The notes: generated by a model from the letters alone, not told the origin. A DNA stretch of 64,000 nucleotides from an uncultured Gammaproteobacteria bacterium (GCA_964594455.1 CAZQLY010000007.1:13586-77585), one strand, 5' to 3'. Shown: positions 49,228-57,661, counted from the stretch's first letter. Numbers and translations: made by a program.

Positions 49228-50640
49228 ATGTCCGCAAACTCAAGGGTCAGGTGGTGGATGGTACTGCTAGCAGTACTGCTTTTTCTTCTACCTGCTTCCA
49301 TTTGGTTCGGCTGGCTCCTCCGGGGACCATCTGAACCACCGACTCGCCTCGAGACCCAGTTCACTGACACGTGCTTCTGGGATCCTGAGGCCGATCTGAA
49401 CTTCGGTACCGTGACAGTGGGGACAACAAACACTCTTCGTTTCCCGCTGTACAACGATTCCGACTCACGGATCGTGATTCATCTGTCAGCTTCGAGTGAT
49501 CAGTTCACTCTGGAGCCCAACGGTGGTGACTACACTATGCTCCCACAGCAGACTGTTGTCATCGCTGTTACTTTCTGTCCGGACACCTTAGGGCCTCAAC
49601 ACTGCCGTGTTTCCATGGGTCACCCCAGTCTGGATGAGATCATCTGTTTCGGCCTGGCCACGACTGGCCCGACTCGCAGCAAGTATGATCAGCCGTTCGA
49701 TACACATTCGATCTGGAATACCCCGATCGGCAGCGAGGCGGACTACGTTCTAGCTGGATTCAAGCCCGGGAAGTATATCGACATCGACCGTGACCACATC
49801 CTGAGCTCTGGCCAGCAACGTAAGCTCCTGGCTCACGAGTCGTGGCCAAACATCTGCGAGGGAGACAAATTCCTCTCCGATGTCTGGGTACCCGATGACT
49901 ATGTTGTGCCTTCCGATGGCAAGAACAACGCCGCCGCCTTCATCCTCCCGGATGGAGAGCATATTTACCAAGCCAATCCCATCTCACGGTGCGAAGAGGC
50001 TGGTCCAGTCTACGCTGGTTGGGCGGCAGTACCAGAGGCGGTGACCAGCATCTATGATGAAGGTCTCTATGGCGGTCATGGTGGCTCCAGTCTGTCCAGT
50101 ATCGGAGGCACTATTCGACTAGGCGAACTAACCTCAGACGAGCCGATTGGCCACGCTCTCAAGATTCTTGTTTTGGCGGCTCGCTACTGCTCTGACGAGG
50201 ATGGTGGCTTCCGCTGGCCGGCTTACCGGGCTGATGCTTACGCCCTCGACCCGGACAATCCCCTGAGGTACAACCAACTGGGTTCGGCTTCTCCGGCGGT
50301 AAAGATGGGATCGCTTCTAGCTGTCCCTGACTGGGTGGACCTCAATTCACTCGGTCTCCAGACGTACGCCGCCTGGAAAATCGCTGTGGCGCTCCAAGAC
50401 TACGGAGCGTACATAGTCGATGATTCGGCCTGGCACACATACTATCTCTGCGCTGAGCAGGGCGTGGGTCAGGAATTCCAGAATACTTACGATCTGGGCA
50501 TAGCCGCTCAAGCCGGTCCTTGGTATGACGACATGATGTGCCTTATCCAATGGCTGCATGTTGTCGACACCAATGGTCCCGACACCATTGGTGGTGGCGG
50601 CGCTCCTTGGAGACCGCTAGCGCCACCTATCGGCGACTGA
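49228..50640 (+). CDS. High-GC membrane-anchored protein: ASH/Ig-like domain plus an uncharacterised C-terminal domain (cassette 4)
   Basis: SD AAAGGAGG before ATG 49228; TM; LNFGTVTVG Ig-like start; SIWNTPIG, GGHGGSSLSSIGG, ALQDYGAYIVD. Confidence 0.75.
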   Translation: MSANSRVRWWMVLLAVLLFLLPASIWFGWLLRGPSEPPTRLETQFTDTCFWDPEADLNFGTVTVGTTNTLRFPLYNDSDSRIVIHLSASSDQFTLEPNGGDYTMLPQQTVVIAVTFCPDTLGPQHCRVSMGHPSLDEIICFGLATTGPTRSKYDQPFDTHSIWNTPIGSEADYVLAGFKPGKYIDIDRDHILSSGQQRKLLAHESWPNICEGDKFLSDVWVPDDYVVPSDGKNNAAAFILPDGEHIYQANPISRCEEAGPVYAGWAAVPEAVTSIYDEGLYGGHGGSSLSSIGGTIRLGELTSDEPIGHALKILVLAARYCSDEDGGFRWPAYRADAYALDPDNPLRYNQLGSASPAVKMGSLLAVPDWVDLNSLGLQTYAAWKIAVALQDYGAYIVDDSAWHTYYLCAEQGVGQEFQNTYDLGIAAQAGPWYDDMMCLIQWLHVVDTNGPDTIGGGGAPWRPLAPPIGD

Positions 50641-50658
50641 TTCGCTCTTTCCTTCCTC

Positions 50659-50692
50659 GGGCCAGAAGTTTCACGCTTCTGGCCCTTTTTTT
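50659..50692 (+). terminator. Terminator of cassette 4
   Basis: gggccagaag-N7-cttctggccc followed by T7. Confidence 0.85.
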
Positions 50693-50774
50693 ATTTACCT
50701 AGAGGTATTATTTGAGAGGGACTAAAAGTATGAATCATAACAATATTACGTAATCTTTAGTCTCCGTAAATAAC
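50688..50774 (+). repeat. Left arm of an ~87-bp inverted repeat
   Basis: 50688-50712 is the exact reverse complement of 53776-53800; about 73/87 identity overall by hand alignment. Confidence 0.9.
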
Positions 50775-50788
50775 TTAGGCGGATATTT

Positions 50789-50816
50789 GAGATGCCGGAT
50801 CCCGGTCCGGCATGAC
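50789..50816 (-). repeat. GTCAT-type REP-like palindrome
   Basis: Minus strand reads gtcatgccggaccgggatccggcatctc. Confidence 0.65.
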
Positions 50817-50920
50817 GATGAGGGGTGTAAATAACCCTCGTGAAAACAATGTGCATGTTGACATTTTTCAATTTCTTCGTTAGAGTATTCAGATTTGGTA
50901 ATTTATAGTAAAATATACAT

Positions 50921-52114
50921 ATGAATATAGCTTTTATCACTCACGCTTTCCCCTACCCAGCTGAAAAAGACGGGCATACATTGATCGCCTACCAAATTAT
51001 AAAAGGATTAGCAGAGTACCATAAAATCTCGTTGTTTTGTTTCGGCGACAAAAATGACCAGATGAATATTGGTGCAATTAGCGATTTGGGAGTAAAAGTA
51101 AATATTTATGAAAGGCCAAAACGGTCCTTACTTTTTTATTATCTGTCCAGCATTTCCAAGAAACTTGCCTGGTTCCAATACCGTCTCTATACCAAAGAGA
51201 TGATTAATAAAGTTAAGGAAATAGATAATTCGTCTGAGTATGACATAATCTATATTCACTCGCCCTTTGTCTCGGCCTATCTGGGGCTGGTGAAAAATAA
51301 ACCAACTGTCTTGACCTATATTGATGCCTGGTCATCCTGGTACCAACAGTTCTACGATATTTCAAAAAACCCTCTCAAAAAGCTTCATTACCTTCAAGAA
51401 GGAAGAAAATCTCGACAACTGGAAAAAGACTTGTTACTCAAAGCCTACGCTTCAGTAGTCGTGTCCAATGTCGATAAAGAGATAATCATGAAACATTCTC
51501 CAGAAGCTAATATTGTGGTCATACCGAACGGAGTCGATCTGGATTATTTCCGACCATCTACTACCCCGCCCGATCCAGAACAAATTATTTTTAGCGGGAC
51601 AATGGATTACCCTCCCAACGTAAAAGCGGTTCTGGATTTCAAAGAAAAGATTTGGCCTAAATTAAAAAAAGAAAAACCAAATCTCAGCTGGTATATTGTA
51701 GGCAAAAATCCGACTCTGGACGTATTCGAACTTCAATCGCTGGACAATCAAATTACTGTTACTGGCTATGTCAAAGATATCAGGACACATCTCTGGCGCT
51801 CGGCAGTCTATTTATCGCCTCTATCGCTAGGCACTGGTTTTAAAAATAAGATTATTGAAGCTATGGCTTGCGGCAAAGCCATTGTGGCCAGCCCAGTCAG
51901 CTTGGCCGGCTTCCCAGTATCTGATGGTGAAAATGTTTTGATCGCTAATAATTCTCAGGAGTTTGCTGATAAAATACTCTATCTACTAAATAACCAAGAC
52001 AAACGACAAAAAATAGAATCAAGGGCTAGAACCTTTGCTGAAATGTATGACTGGTTTACCTCAGTACGCCAATACGAAAATCTAATGAAGCAGGCAGTTA
52101 AACATGACAAATAA
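50921..52114 (+). CDS. GT4 glycosyltransferase
   Basis: FPYP...G, IPNGVD, FSGTMDYPPN, GFKNKIIEAMACG. Confidence 0.92.
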   Translation: MNIAFITHAFPYPAEKDGHTLIAYQIIKGLAEYHKISLFCFGDKNDQMNIGAISDLGVKVNIYERPKRSLLFYYLSSISKKLAWFQYRLYTKEMINKVKEIDNSSEYDIIYIHSPFVSAYLGLVKNKPTVLTYIDAWSSWYQQFYDISKNPLKKLHYLQEGRKSRQLEKDLLLKAYASVVVSNVDKEIIMKHSPEANIVVIPNGVDLDYFRPSTTPPDPEQIIFSGTMDYPPNVKAVLDFKEKIWPKLKKEKPNLSWYIVGKNPTLDVFELQSLDNQITVTGYVKDIRTHLWRSAVYLSPLSLGTGFKNKIIEAMACGKAIVASPVSLAGFPVSDGENVLIANNSQEFADKILYLLNNQDKRQKIESRARTFAEMYDWFTSVRQYENLMKQAVKHDK

Positions 52115-53489
52115 CCCACCAAATGTTTTAAAACCCTTGTTGATCGTCACGGTATTGGCCATACCTATTTTGTTTTTTATAGCCCAAAATCCCAGCTGGC
52201 AAACTTTGTTACAAATCGCCTTTTTAGTGATTCTTGTTCCCCTTTTCTTAATCAGCGTAGAAATGGGTTTCTTGGCCTTGATTGTTCTTCGGCCGGCCAT
52301 GGATTTATTTAGTCAGGTTGAATTTCTAAAACTGGGTAATTTCTCCTTAAATCTCTCTTCTACAGTCAGCATCTTAGCTATTGCCTGGATTGCATACATT
52401 ATTCTCAAGAATCGTCAGCAAGTTTGGCGGCGTCCGCTATTTTATCCAATTTTAGTTTTCTTTGTGATAAGCCTAGCTTCCATCTTCTATACTTATGATT
52501 TTGCTAATACTTTGACCGAGATTGTACGCAGTGCCAGTATCTTTTTCGTCTATCTTCTGGCCAGCATGGTCATTAATTCACTAGAGCGTTTTAAACGCTT
52601 CCTAAAGGCAGTAGGTTTTTCTCTAGTTGCGCCGGTATTTTTTGCTATTGTGCAATTGATCAGCCAAACCGGATTAAGCTTTGCTGGAGTAAATAACAGG
52701 CTCTATGGCACGTTTGGCCATCCCAATGCTTTGGCTTTTTACATGGTTTTAACTATCGGAATTTTTATCACTTACTTCTTTAGCTTGCCTCTCGAGAAAA
52801 GAAATAAAAGTATTTTAGCAATTCCAGCCATACTATTTTTTATTCTGCTTCTCACTTACACCCGTGGAGCTTGGCTTGGTTTGGGAGCATTCTTGATACT
52901 AATAGGCTTCTTTCATTATCGAAAAGCAATCATAGCTTTGATTGTTGTAGCTGTATTAGCAATCGGACTAGCACCCACTGTAAATAATTTCCTTTTTGAT
53001 GAATTCAATATCAATCTATCAAATGTACCAGTAATCCAAAGAATAACTGACGAATCAAGCGAAGAAAGCTCTATTGAGTGGCGACTCGAAGTTTGGTCAG
53101 ATATGAGGCGCCGAATCGTTGAGCAGCCTTATTTTGGATATGGATTAGGATCCTTCCCTGTCCTACGCGAACAGTCAGTCAAAGGTTTCTTTGAAAGCAC
53201 TGACGCCCATAATGATTATCTCCGATACATTATTGAGTTAGGTTTTGTTGGCCTGTTAGCTTACTGCTTTTTGATTTTCAAAAACATTGGTAACCTATTC
53301 TACCGTTATATCAAATCTCAAACTCGTGAGACTAAAGCCTGGCTGCTGGGCGGATGCACACTAGCTGTTTCATTTGCTATCATGAGTTTTTATGACAACA
53401 TTATGCAAGGTACTGCTGTGATGTGGTTATTTTGGTCATTAATGGCTGTAGTCTACAACTATTCAAAATTCATGCAAAAAAATAGTTAG
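52104..53489 (+). CDS. O-antigen ligase/polymerase (Wzy_C/WaaL) family membrane protein
   Basis: RLYGTFGHPN, TYTRGAW, PYFGYGLGSF, AHNDY..ELG; about 12 TM. Confidence 0.9.
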   Translation: MTNNPPNVLKPLLIVTVLAIPILFFIAQNPSWQTLLQIAFLVILVPLFLISVEMGFLALIVLRPAMDLFSQVEFLKLGNFSLNLSSTVSILAIAWIAYIILKNRQQVWRRPLFYPILVFFVISLASIFYTYDFANTLTEIVRSASIFFVYLLASMVINSLERFKRFLKAVGFSLVAPVFFAIVQLISQTGLSFAGVNNRLYGTFGHPNALAFYMVLTIGIFITYFFSLPLEKRNKSILAIPAILFFILLLTYTRGAWLGLGAFLILIGFFHYRKAIIALIVVAVLAIGLAPTVNNFLFDEFNINLSNVPVIQRITDESSEESSIEWRLEVWSDMRRRIVEQPYFGYGLGSFPVLREQSVKGFFESTDAHNDYLRYIIELGFVGLLAYCFLIFKNIGNLFYRYIKSQTRETKAWLLGGCTLAVSFAIMSFYDNIMQGTAVMWLFWSLMAVVYNYSKFMQKNS

Positions 53490-53560
53490 CTAAATAACCT
53501 CGCCTTCCCTTCTCAAGAGTAATGCACTAGGTTAAGTACACAGCTCAGAATAATAGTACT

Positions 53561-53626
53561 GTCATTTTCGGACTCCCGCCTCGACTCGCCCGGCTCATCG
53601 GGCGAGGCGGGTGATCCGAAAATCCC
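53561..53626 (+). repeat. GTCAT-type REP-like palindrome carrying a nested 37-bp GC-rich palindrome
   Basis: gtcattttcggact[cccgcctcg...cgaggcggg]tgatccgaaaatccc. Confidence 0.7.
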
Positions 53627-53714
53627 GTTCAAATAGCAAATTAGTAAAACCTCTCTTACCCGCCTCCAGTCAGCAAGAGTAACGTTTCAAATACAGTATT
53701 GGTCCTGCGGCTGG

Positions 53715-53800
53715 GTTATTTACAGTGGCTAAAGATTACATAAGTGGCTATTATCTATACTTTTATTCTCTCTCTAATAATACCTCTAGGTAAATAAAAA
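53715..53800 (-). repeat. Right arm of the ~87-bp inverted repeat
   Basis: Reverse complement aligns to 50688-50774. Confidence 0.9.
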
Positions 53801-53837
53801 GAGAGCCGGATAACCTCGAAAGGTTAACCGGCTCTTT
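53796..53837 (-). terminator. Terminator of cassette 5
   Basis: Minus strand: agagccggttaacct-ttcg-aggttatccggctct followed by cttttt. Confidence 0.85.
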
Positions 53838-53867
53838 GCTAATGTGCGTTACCCTGTTTGCCCAGAG

Positions 53868-54707
53868 CTACTCCTCGCAGAGTCTGGCGTTGCCATCCTC
53901 CGGGAGTTCAATGAACAACTTTCCGTAGCTGAAGGGCCAGGCTTCGTGCCCTTCATAGTCCTTAAGCCGGAGGTACAGTCCACTACATCGACCACAGGGG
54001 TCGACCGTGAACGTAACCGACTCAGTCGCCTTGGGAACATTCTTGACTTCCGGATCTGCTCCCCGACGACATTCGTAGCCACAGAGGTACAGAGTGACAG
54101 GGCCTACGACATTCAGTTTCGGCGGGTGGACCTCGTTGTAAAGATTCACCTTGGCCGTAATCTGATACTGACCGCCGTTCCAGACGATCCTCCAGATACC
54201 GTACGTCATGACCGTTTCCCCATCCGCCTTGGGCTGGACCGAGGGTTCGGCCGTTGCCGCCTGATTGGTCTGGGGAACCGTTCTCGGAACCGTCCGAGCA
54301 CCCGTATTGCTCACGCTGCTCGTCCGAGCGGTATTGCTCGTCTTGCGCGTGACCGGAGCCGTCTTGATCACCGGCGGTTCGGGAACAGCGTGTTCGCCGA
54401 CCGTACCGGGACCGTTGTCCTCGCGAACAACCTTCTGCTCGGATTCGGGCTTGGGCTGTCCGGCGGTAGTGACGGAATCGTCCGGAGCTCCGGTCTCGTC
54501 CTTCTTCTCGACGACCTTCTTCTGCTCATCCTGGGCGACCGGCTCGTCGGCGGGCTTCTTCTGCTCGTCGGCGGGTGTGGTGGCTTCCTTTTTGAGCGTG
54601 ACCTTTTCCTTGGGCGCCGGATCGTCGTCGTCCGCCATGACCATCGGGGACACGGTGAACATCATCGCAACGAACAGCGCCAGCATGATCCACAGAGACT
54701 TCTTCAT
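53868..54707 (-). CDS. High-GC secreted protein: long charged/Pro-Thr disordered linker plus small Cys-containing beta domain
   Basis: Signal peptide ending VMA-DDDD; SD AAGGAGG. Confidence 0.8.
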   Translation of the reverse strand: MKKSLWIMLALFVAMMFTVSPMVMADDDDPAPKEKVTLKKEATTPADEQKKPADEPVAQDEQKKVVEKKDETGAPDDSVTTAGQPKPESEQKVVREDNGPGTVGEHAVPEPPVIKTAPVTRKTSNTARTSSVSNTGARTVPRTVPQTNQAATAEPSVQPKADGETVMTYGIWRIVWNGGQYQITAKVNLYNEVHPPKLNVVGPVTLYLCGYECRRGADPEVKNVPKATESVTFTVDPCGRCSGLYLRLKDYEGHEAWPFSYGKLFIELPEDGNARLCEE

Positions 54708-54767
54708 TTCGACACCCCTCCTTCAATTGGGTATTGTTCGCTTCTTGCTTCAGGTCACGACCGGCGC

Positions 54768-55640
54768 TCAACCACCGATCTCAATCCCGTACAGTCGGTC
54801 GTCTTCGGGCCAGAGATTGGCGATCGCATCCAGCTGGTTGAGCATGAATGTGAATACGGTCCAGCCTCCGCCGAGATCGACCAGGTTCATTAGTTCGGTG
54901 GCATGTTCGAAATCGCCAGGCAAACCAACGTACACGCCGGACCGCAGTTCAGTACCGTCGGCCAGTTGCAGCCTCAGATACGTAACCGCGCCCTTGGCGA
55001 CGTAGAACTTGGCGGTCCACATGCCGTCCTCCCAATACGTCGTATGGGGGGCAAACCGGAATGTAGTCCAGGTTCCCATCCAGAATACCGGAACGTCGGG
55101 ATCAGCCGGATTGTTCATGTAGCCCTCGGGAAGAGAATTCCCGGTGTACCACACTTGTACTTCCACCAGATCGTCGACATCCGTCATCGGGTCAATCATC
55201 AACTGTCCGTCTTCGACGTAGAGCGAGAATTCCCGATAGACTTCGAAGTCTGAGGCGTTGATCGCGTTCAGTTCGACTCCGTTGACGGAGATATCGAGCA
55301 TTCGGTGATACCGATTGTCCGAATCCCTCCGCCAGAAGCCGACGCTGAACTTCTCGTTTCCCCAGACCTGTCGATCGAACGTACCGACGACCTCGCCGCC
55401 CTGAAAAGTGCCAAACAGGATCATGATGTTGGGGTCCTGCAGGTATCCCGGGACGACTGAGCCGGAGATGTAGACTTCCTCACCATCCAGCGCCATCGGC
55501 GACAAAAGGGTGATGCTGAACTCCGCATTGGTCTCCTCCTGGTTGCCGGGGTTGGTGATATCCCACGAGTCGCGGGAACACCCGGATGCCAGACCGAGGA
55601 TAGCCAGCACGGCCAGAATTGCCAGTTTGCTAAAACGCAT
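54768..55640 (-). CDS. High-GC acidic lipoprotein
   Basis: Lipobox ASGC after a hydrophobic stretch; SD GGGAGG. Confidence 0.8.
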   Translation of the reverse strand: MRFSKLAILAVLAILGLASGCSRDSWDITNPGNQEETNAEFSITLLSPMALDGEEVYISGSVVPGYLQDPNIMILFGTFQGGEVVGTFDRQVWGNEKFSVGFWRRDSDNRYHRMLDISVNGVELNAINASDFEVYREFSLYVEDGQLMIDPMTDVDDLVEVQVWYTGNSLPEGYMNNPADPDVPVFWMGTWTTFRFAPHTTYWEDGMWTAKFYVAKGAVTYLRLQLADGTELRSGVYVGLPGDFEHATELMNLVDLGGGWTVFTFMLNQLDAIANLWPEDDRLYGIEIGG

Positions 55641-55683
55641 CGTCTCTTTCCTCCCTTGAAAATGGGCATCTAGGAGTATATCC

Positions 55684-55711
55684 GGGGCATCCGGATAACT
55701 CCGGATGCCCC
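55684..55711. other. Perfect 12-bp intercistronic hairpin
   Basis: ggggcatccgga-taac-tccggatgcccc, no T tract. Confidence 0.7.
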
Positions 55712-55718
55712 ACCCCTG

Positions 55719-57533
55719 CTACCAGCTGTAGTCGAATCCGACCTTGACCCAATGCCGATCGGTCTTGTAATCATGACCGGCGATCAGATCGTGGTCTTCG
55801 CCATTCGGGATGAACTTGTACGACCCTTTGAACCGCCAATAGCGATTGGGCCGGTACTCAAATCCGATTCCCGGTCCGGACCATTCGAAGGCCCAGATAT
55901 CCGAATCATACTCCCACCAATCGTATGAGCCATAGAAGACCCACTTGACGGTGGGCTTGAAGCCGATCCGGGCTTCGATCACCTGCATGGTGTCGGCGAC
56001 AAACGTCTCCGTTCGACCGTCGAAGTGCCGCGACTGCTCCTTTCGCAGGATCTGGTTGTATCCGATCCGCGAGTAGAACCAGCCGGGTTCCAGAGTCAGG
56101 TTGGCATCGAGGTTGCGCTCGAGATTGGTGCCAGCTTTGTAGTTGACCTCGTAGTAACCCCGAGCCGGGGTAACTCCGAGCACTCGGCCGTACCAGCCAT
56201 ACCCATCGACATACACGCCGTCTTCTTCCACATGCGTCTTCGTCGGAGAGACAACTGTGTAGTTGAGATAGGTACGCTGCCCGGCACCATACCATCCGCC
56301 TCCTTCGAGGTAGACGGCGGTACCAAGGTCGTTGCCGTAGATGTTGGAGCGTAAACCGCCTCGGTATTCACCGATGTGGTTCGCATCCGCGATCGCTTGC
56401 TCGACCCGCAGTACGGCGGCCAGATCTCGGAACCAGAAAGTTCCGTCCCAGCCGCTCAGACGAGGCAGCCATTCGATGCCAGAGTAGGCGCTCCATTGTT
56501 CGTCGCCGCCTCCTTGAGAATGGAATCCGTCGACCCAGAGAACACCGCCCTGGACAAAGTCCCGAGCATGTTCCACTTCTTTCTTCTTCTTGACTGGCGG
56601 AGTGGGCGGCGGCGTATAACCAACACGCTCTTCCACCTGTGTCTCAGCCTCATACTCCAGAGGCAGCGCAACGAAGGCGCCGTTCTGGCAGTCCAAGAAC
56701 TGATAGAGGAAATGCCTGTAGCCGCCATTATCCACATAGGGATATTCGACGGCCAGAAGCGAGTCAACCGGTTCGAGGTTCCGCACGTCCTTCCAGTAGC
56801 AGACCGTGGTATCCCAGACCTTGACTTCCTGGCTCGTTCTTCCACCGAAGACGAGCCCGTCGAGAACCAGAGGCCGATCACAAGTTGAGTAGATCCATAC
56901 CGTATCGGGCAGGCTTGCCTCGACCAGCGAGATCCACATCTGTCGCACCTTCTCGGGCACGTTCATCAGTTCCACCTGCTTGCGCAGAGGAATGCCCGCT
57001 GGATCTCCGAGAACGAAGTTCCACCGGTTGATCTGAGTGTCCGTTTCGGTTACGAAGACTTCTTCGCCCTGATAGACCGTGTTACGGTCCACCTGGTTCC
57101 ACTTCTTCAGGGTGTCGACGGGAACGCCGACTTCCTGAGCGATCTTGCCCCACGATTCGCCCTTCCGGATGGATCGTGATGCGGGTAGTTCAATGGCTTT
57201 GGGCTTAGCTCTGCGCTCGACGCGCAGATTTGTCCCTGACACCTTTCTCCAGTCATCACCATCGCAGTATGCGAGAACGGTGTAATAGCTGAAGTAGGCA
57301 TCAGCGCTCGTCTCTTCCAAGACGAAGTGGCTGGTCGCCGAAACAAGTTCCGACTTCACGCCACCGTTGAGCTGGATGAGTCCCACTTCGATCATGCCAT
57401 CGGCACGATTCGACTTGAGCTCCTTCGTGACGATCTGATTGTCTTCCAACGGAGGCTGAATGCAATCAGCCAGCGCCAGGTTGACTCCCAGCAGAGCCAC
57501 GAACACGATCACCAGACACAGCATTTTCCTCAT
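55719..57533 (-). CDS. High-GC secreted LysM protein with a C-terminal OMP-like beta-barrel region
   Basis: Signal peptide; LysM KGESWGKIAQEVGVPVDTLKKWN; Pro/Lys linker; amphipathic strands ending WVKVGFDYSW; SD AAGGAGG. Confidence 0.8.
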   Translation of the reverse strand: MRKMLCLVIVFVALLGVNLALADCIQPPLEDNQIVTKELKSNRADGMIEVGLIQLNGGVKSELVSATSHFVLEETSADAYFSYYTVLAYCDGDDWRKVSGTNLRVERRAKPKAIELPASRSIRKGESWGKIAQEVGVPVDTLKKWNQVDRNTVYQGEEVFVTETDTQINRWNFVLGDPAGIPLRKQVELMNVPEKVRQMWISLVEASLPDTVWIYSTCDRPLVLDGLVFGGRTSQEVKVWDTTVCYWKDVRNLEPVDSLLAVEYPYVDNGGYRHFLYQFLDCQNGAFVALPLEYEAETQVEERVGYTPPPTPPVKKKKEVEHARDFVQGGVLWVDGFHSQGGGDEQWSAYSGIEWLPRLSGWDGTFWFRDLAAVLRVEQAIADANHIGEYRGGLRSNIYGNDLGTAVYLEGGGWYGAGQRTYLNYTVVSPTKTHVEEDGVYVDGYGWYGRVLGVTPARGYYEVNYKAGTNLERNLDANLTLEPGWFYSRIGYNQILRKEQSRHFDGRTETFVADTMQVIEARIGFKPTVKWVFYGSYDWWEYDSDIWAFEWSGPGIGFEYRPNRYWRFKGSYKFIPNGEDHDLIAGHDYKTDRHWVKVGFDYSW

Positions 57534-57596
57534 GGGTCACCCCTCCTTCTCTTCGTCTTTCCTGTTTCGAAAATAGATTGTCAGTGAGCTATCCGA

Positions 57597-57656
57597 GAGC
57601 AAGAGAGCTCTCAAGTTCAATGGATTGCCCACTGAACTCATCGAGACCTCTTGCTC
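57597..57656. other. Long bulged hairpin at the 5' boundary of cassette 5
   Basis: gagcaagag/ctcttgctc outer stem and agttcaatgg/ccactgaact inner stem. Confidence 0.6.
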
Positions 57657-57661
57657 GATAT

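Noticed and set aside
50730-50760. dif-like look (cataa...ttacgtaatc) inside the inverted repeat
   Set aside because: Spacers are 5 and 7 bp in the two arms instead of 6, and the XerD arm deviates from TTATGTTAAAT.
50746-50940. 64-aa minus-strand ORF ending RLSYLRRLKIT
   Set aside because: It overlaps the GT4 start, its promoter and repeat DNA; similarity to the other arm is explained by DNA-level homology.
53844-57587. Long plus-strand and alternative-frame ORFs over the high-GC island (e.g. 53844-54893, 54265-55005, 56376-56888)
   Set aside because: Shadow ORFs expected at high GC; the minus-strand genes have SD sites, signal peptides and a terminator.
32928-57656. Classical integron/attC array as the explanation for the cassettes
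   Set aside because: No intI, no RYYYAAC...GTTRRRY pairs seen, and the cassettes are dispersed, in both orientations and mostly carry their own promoters.
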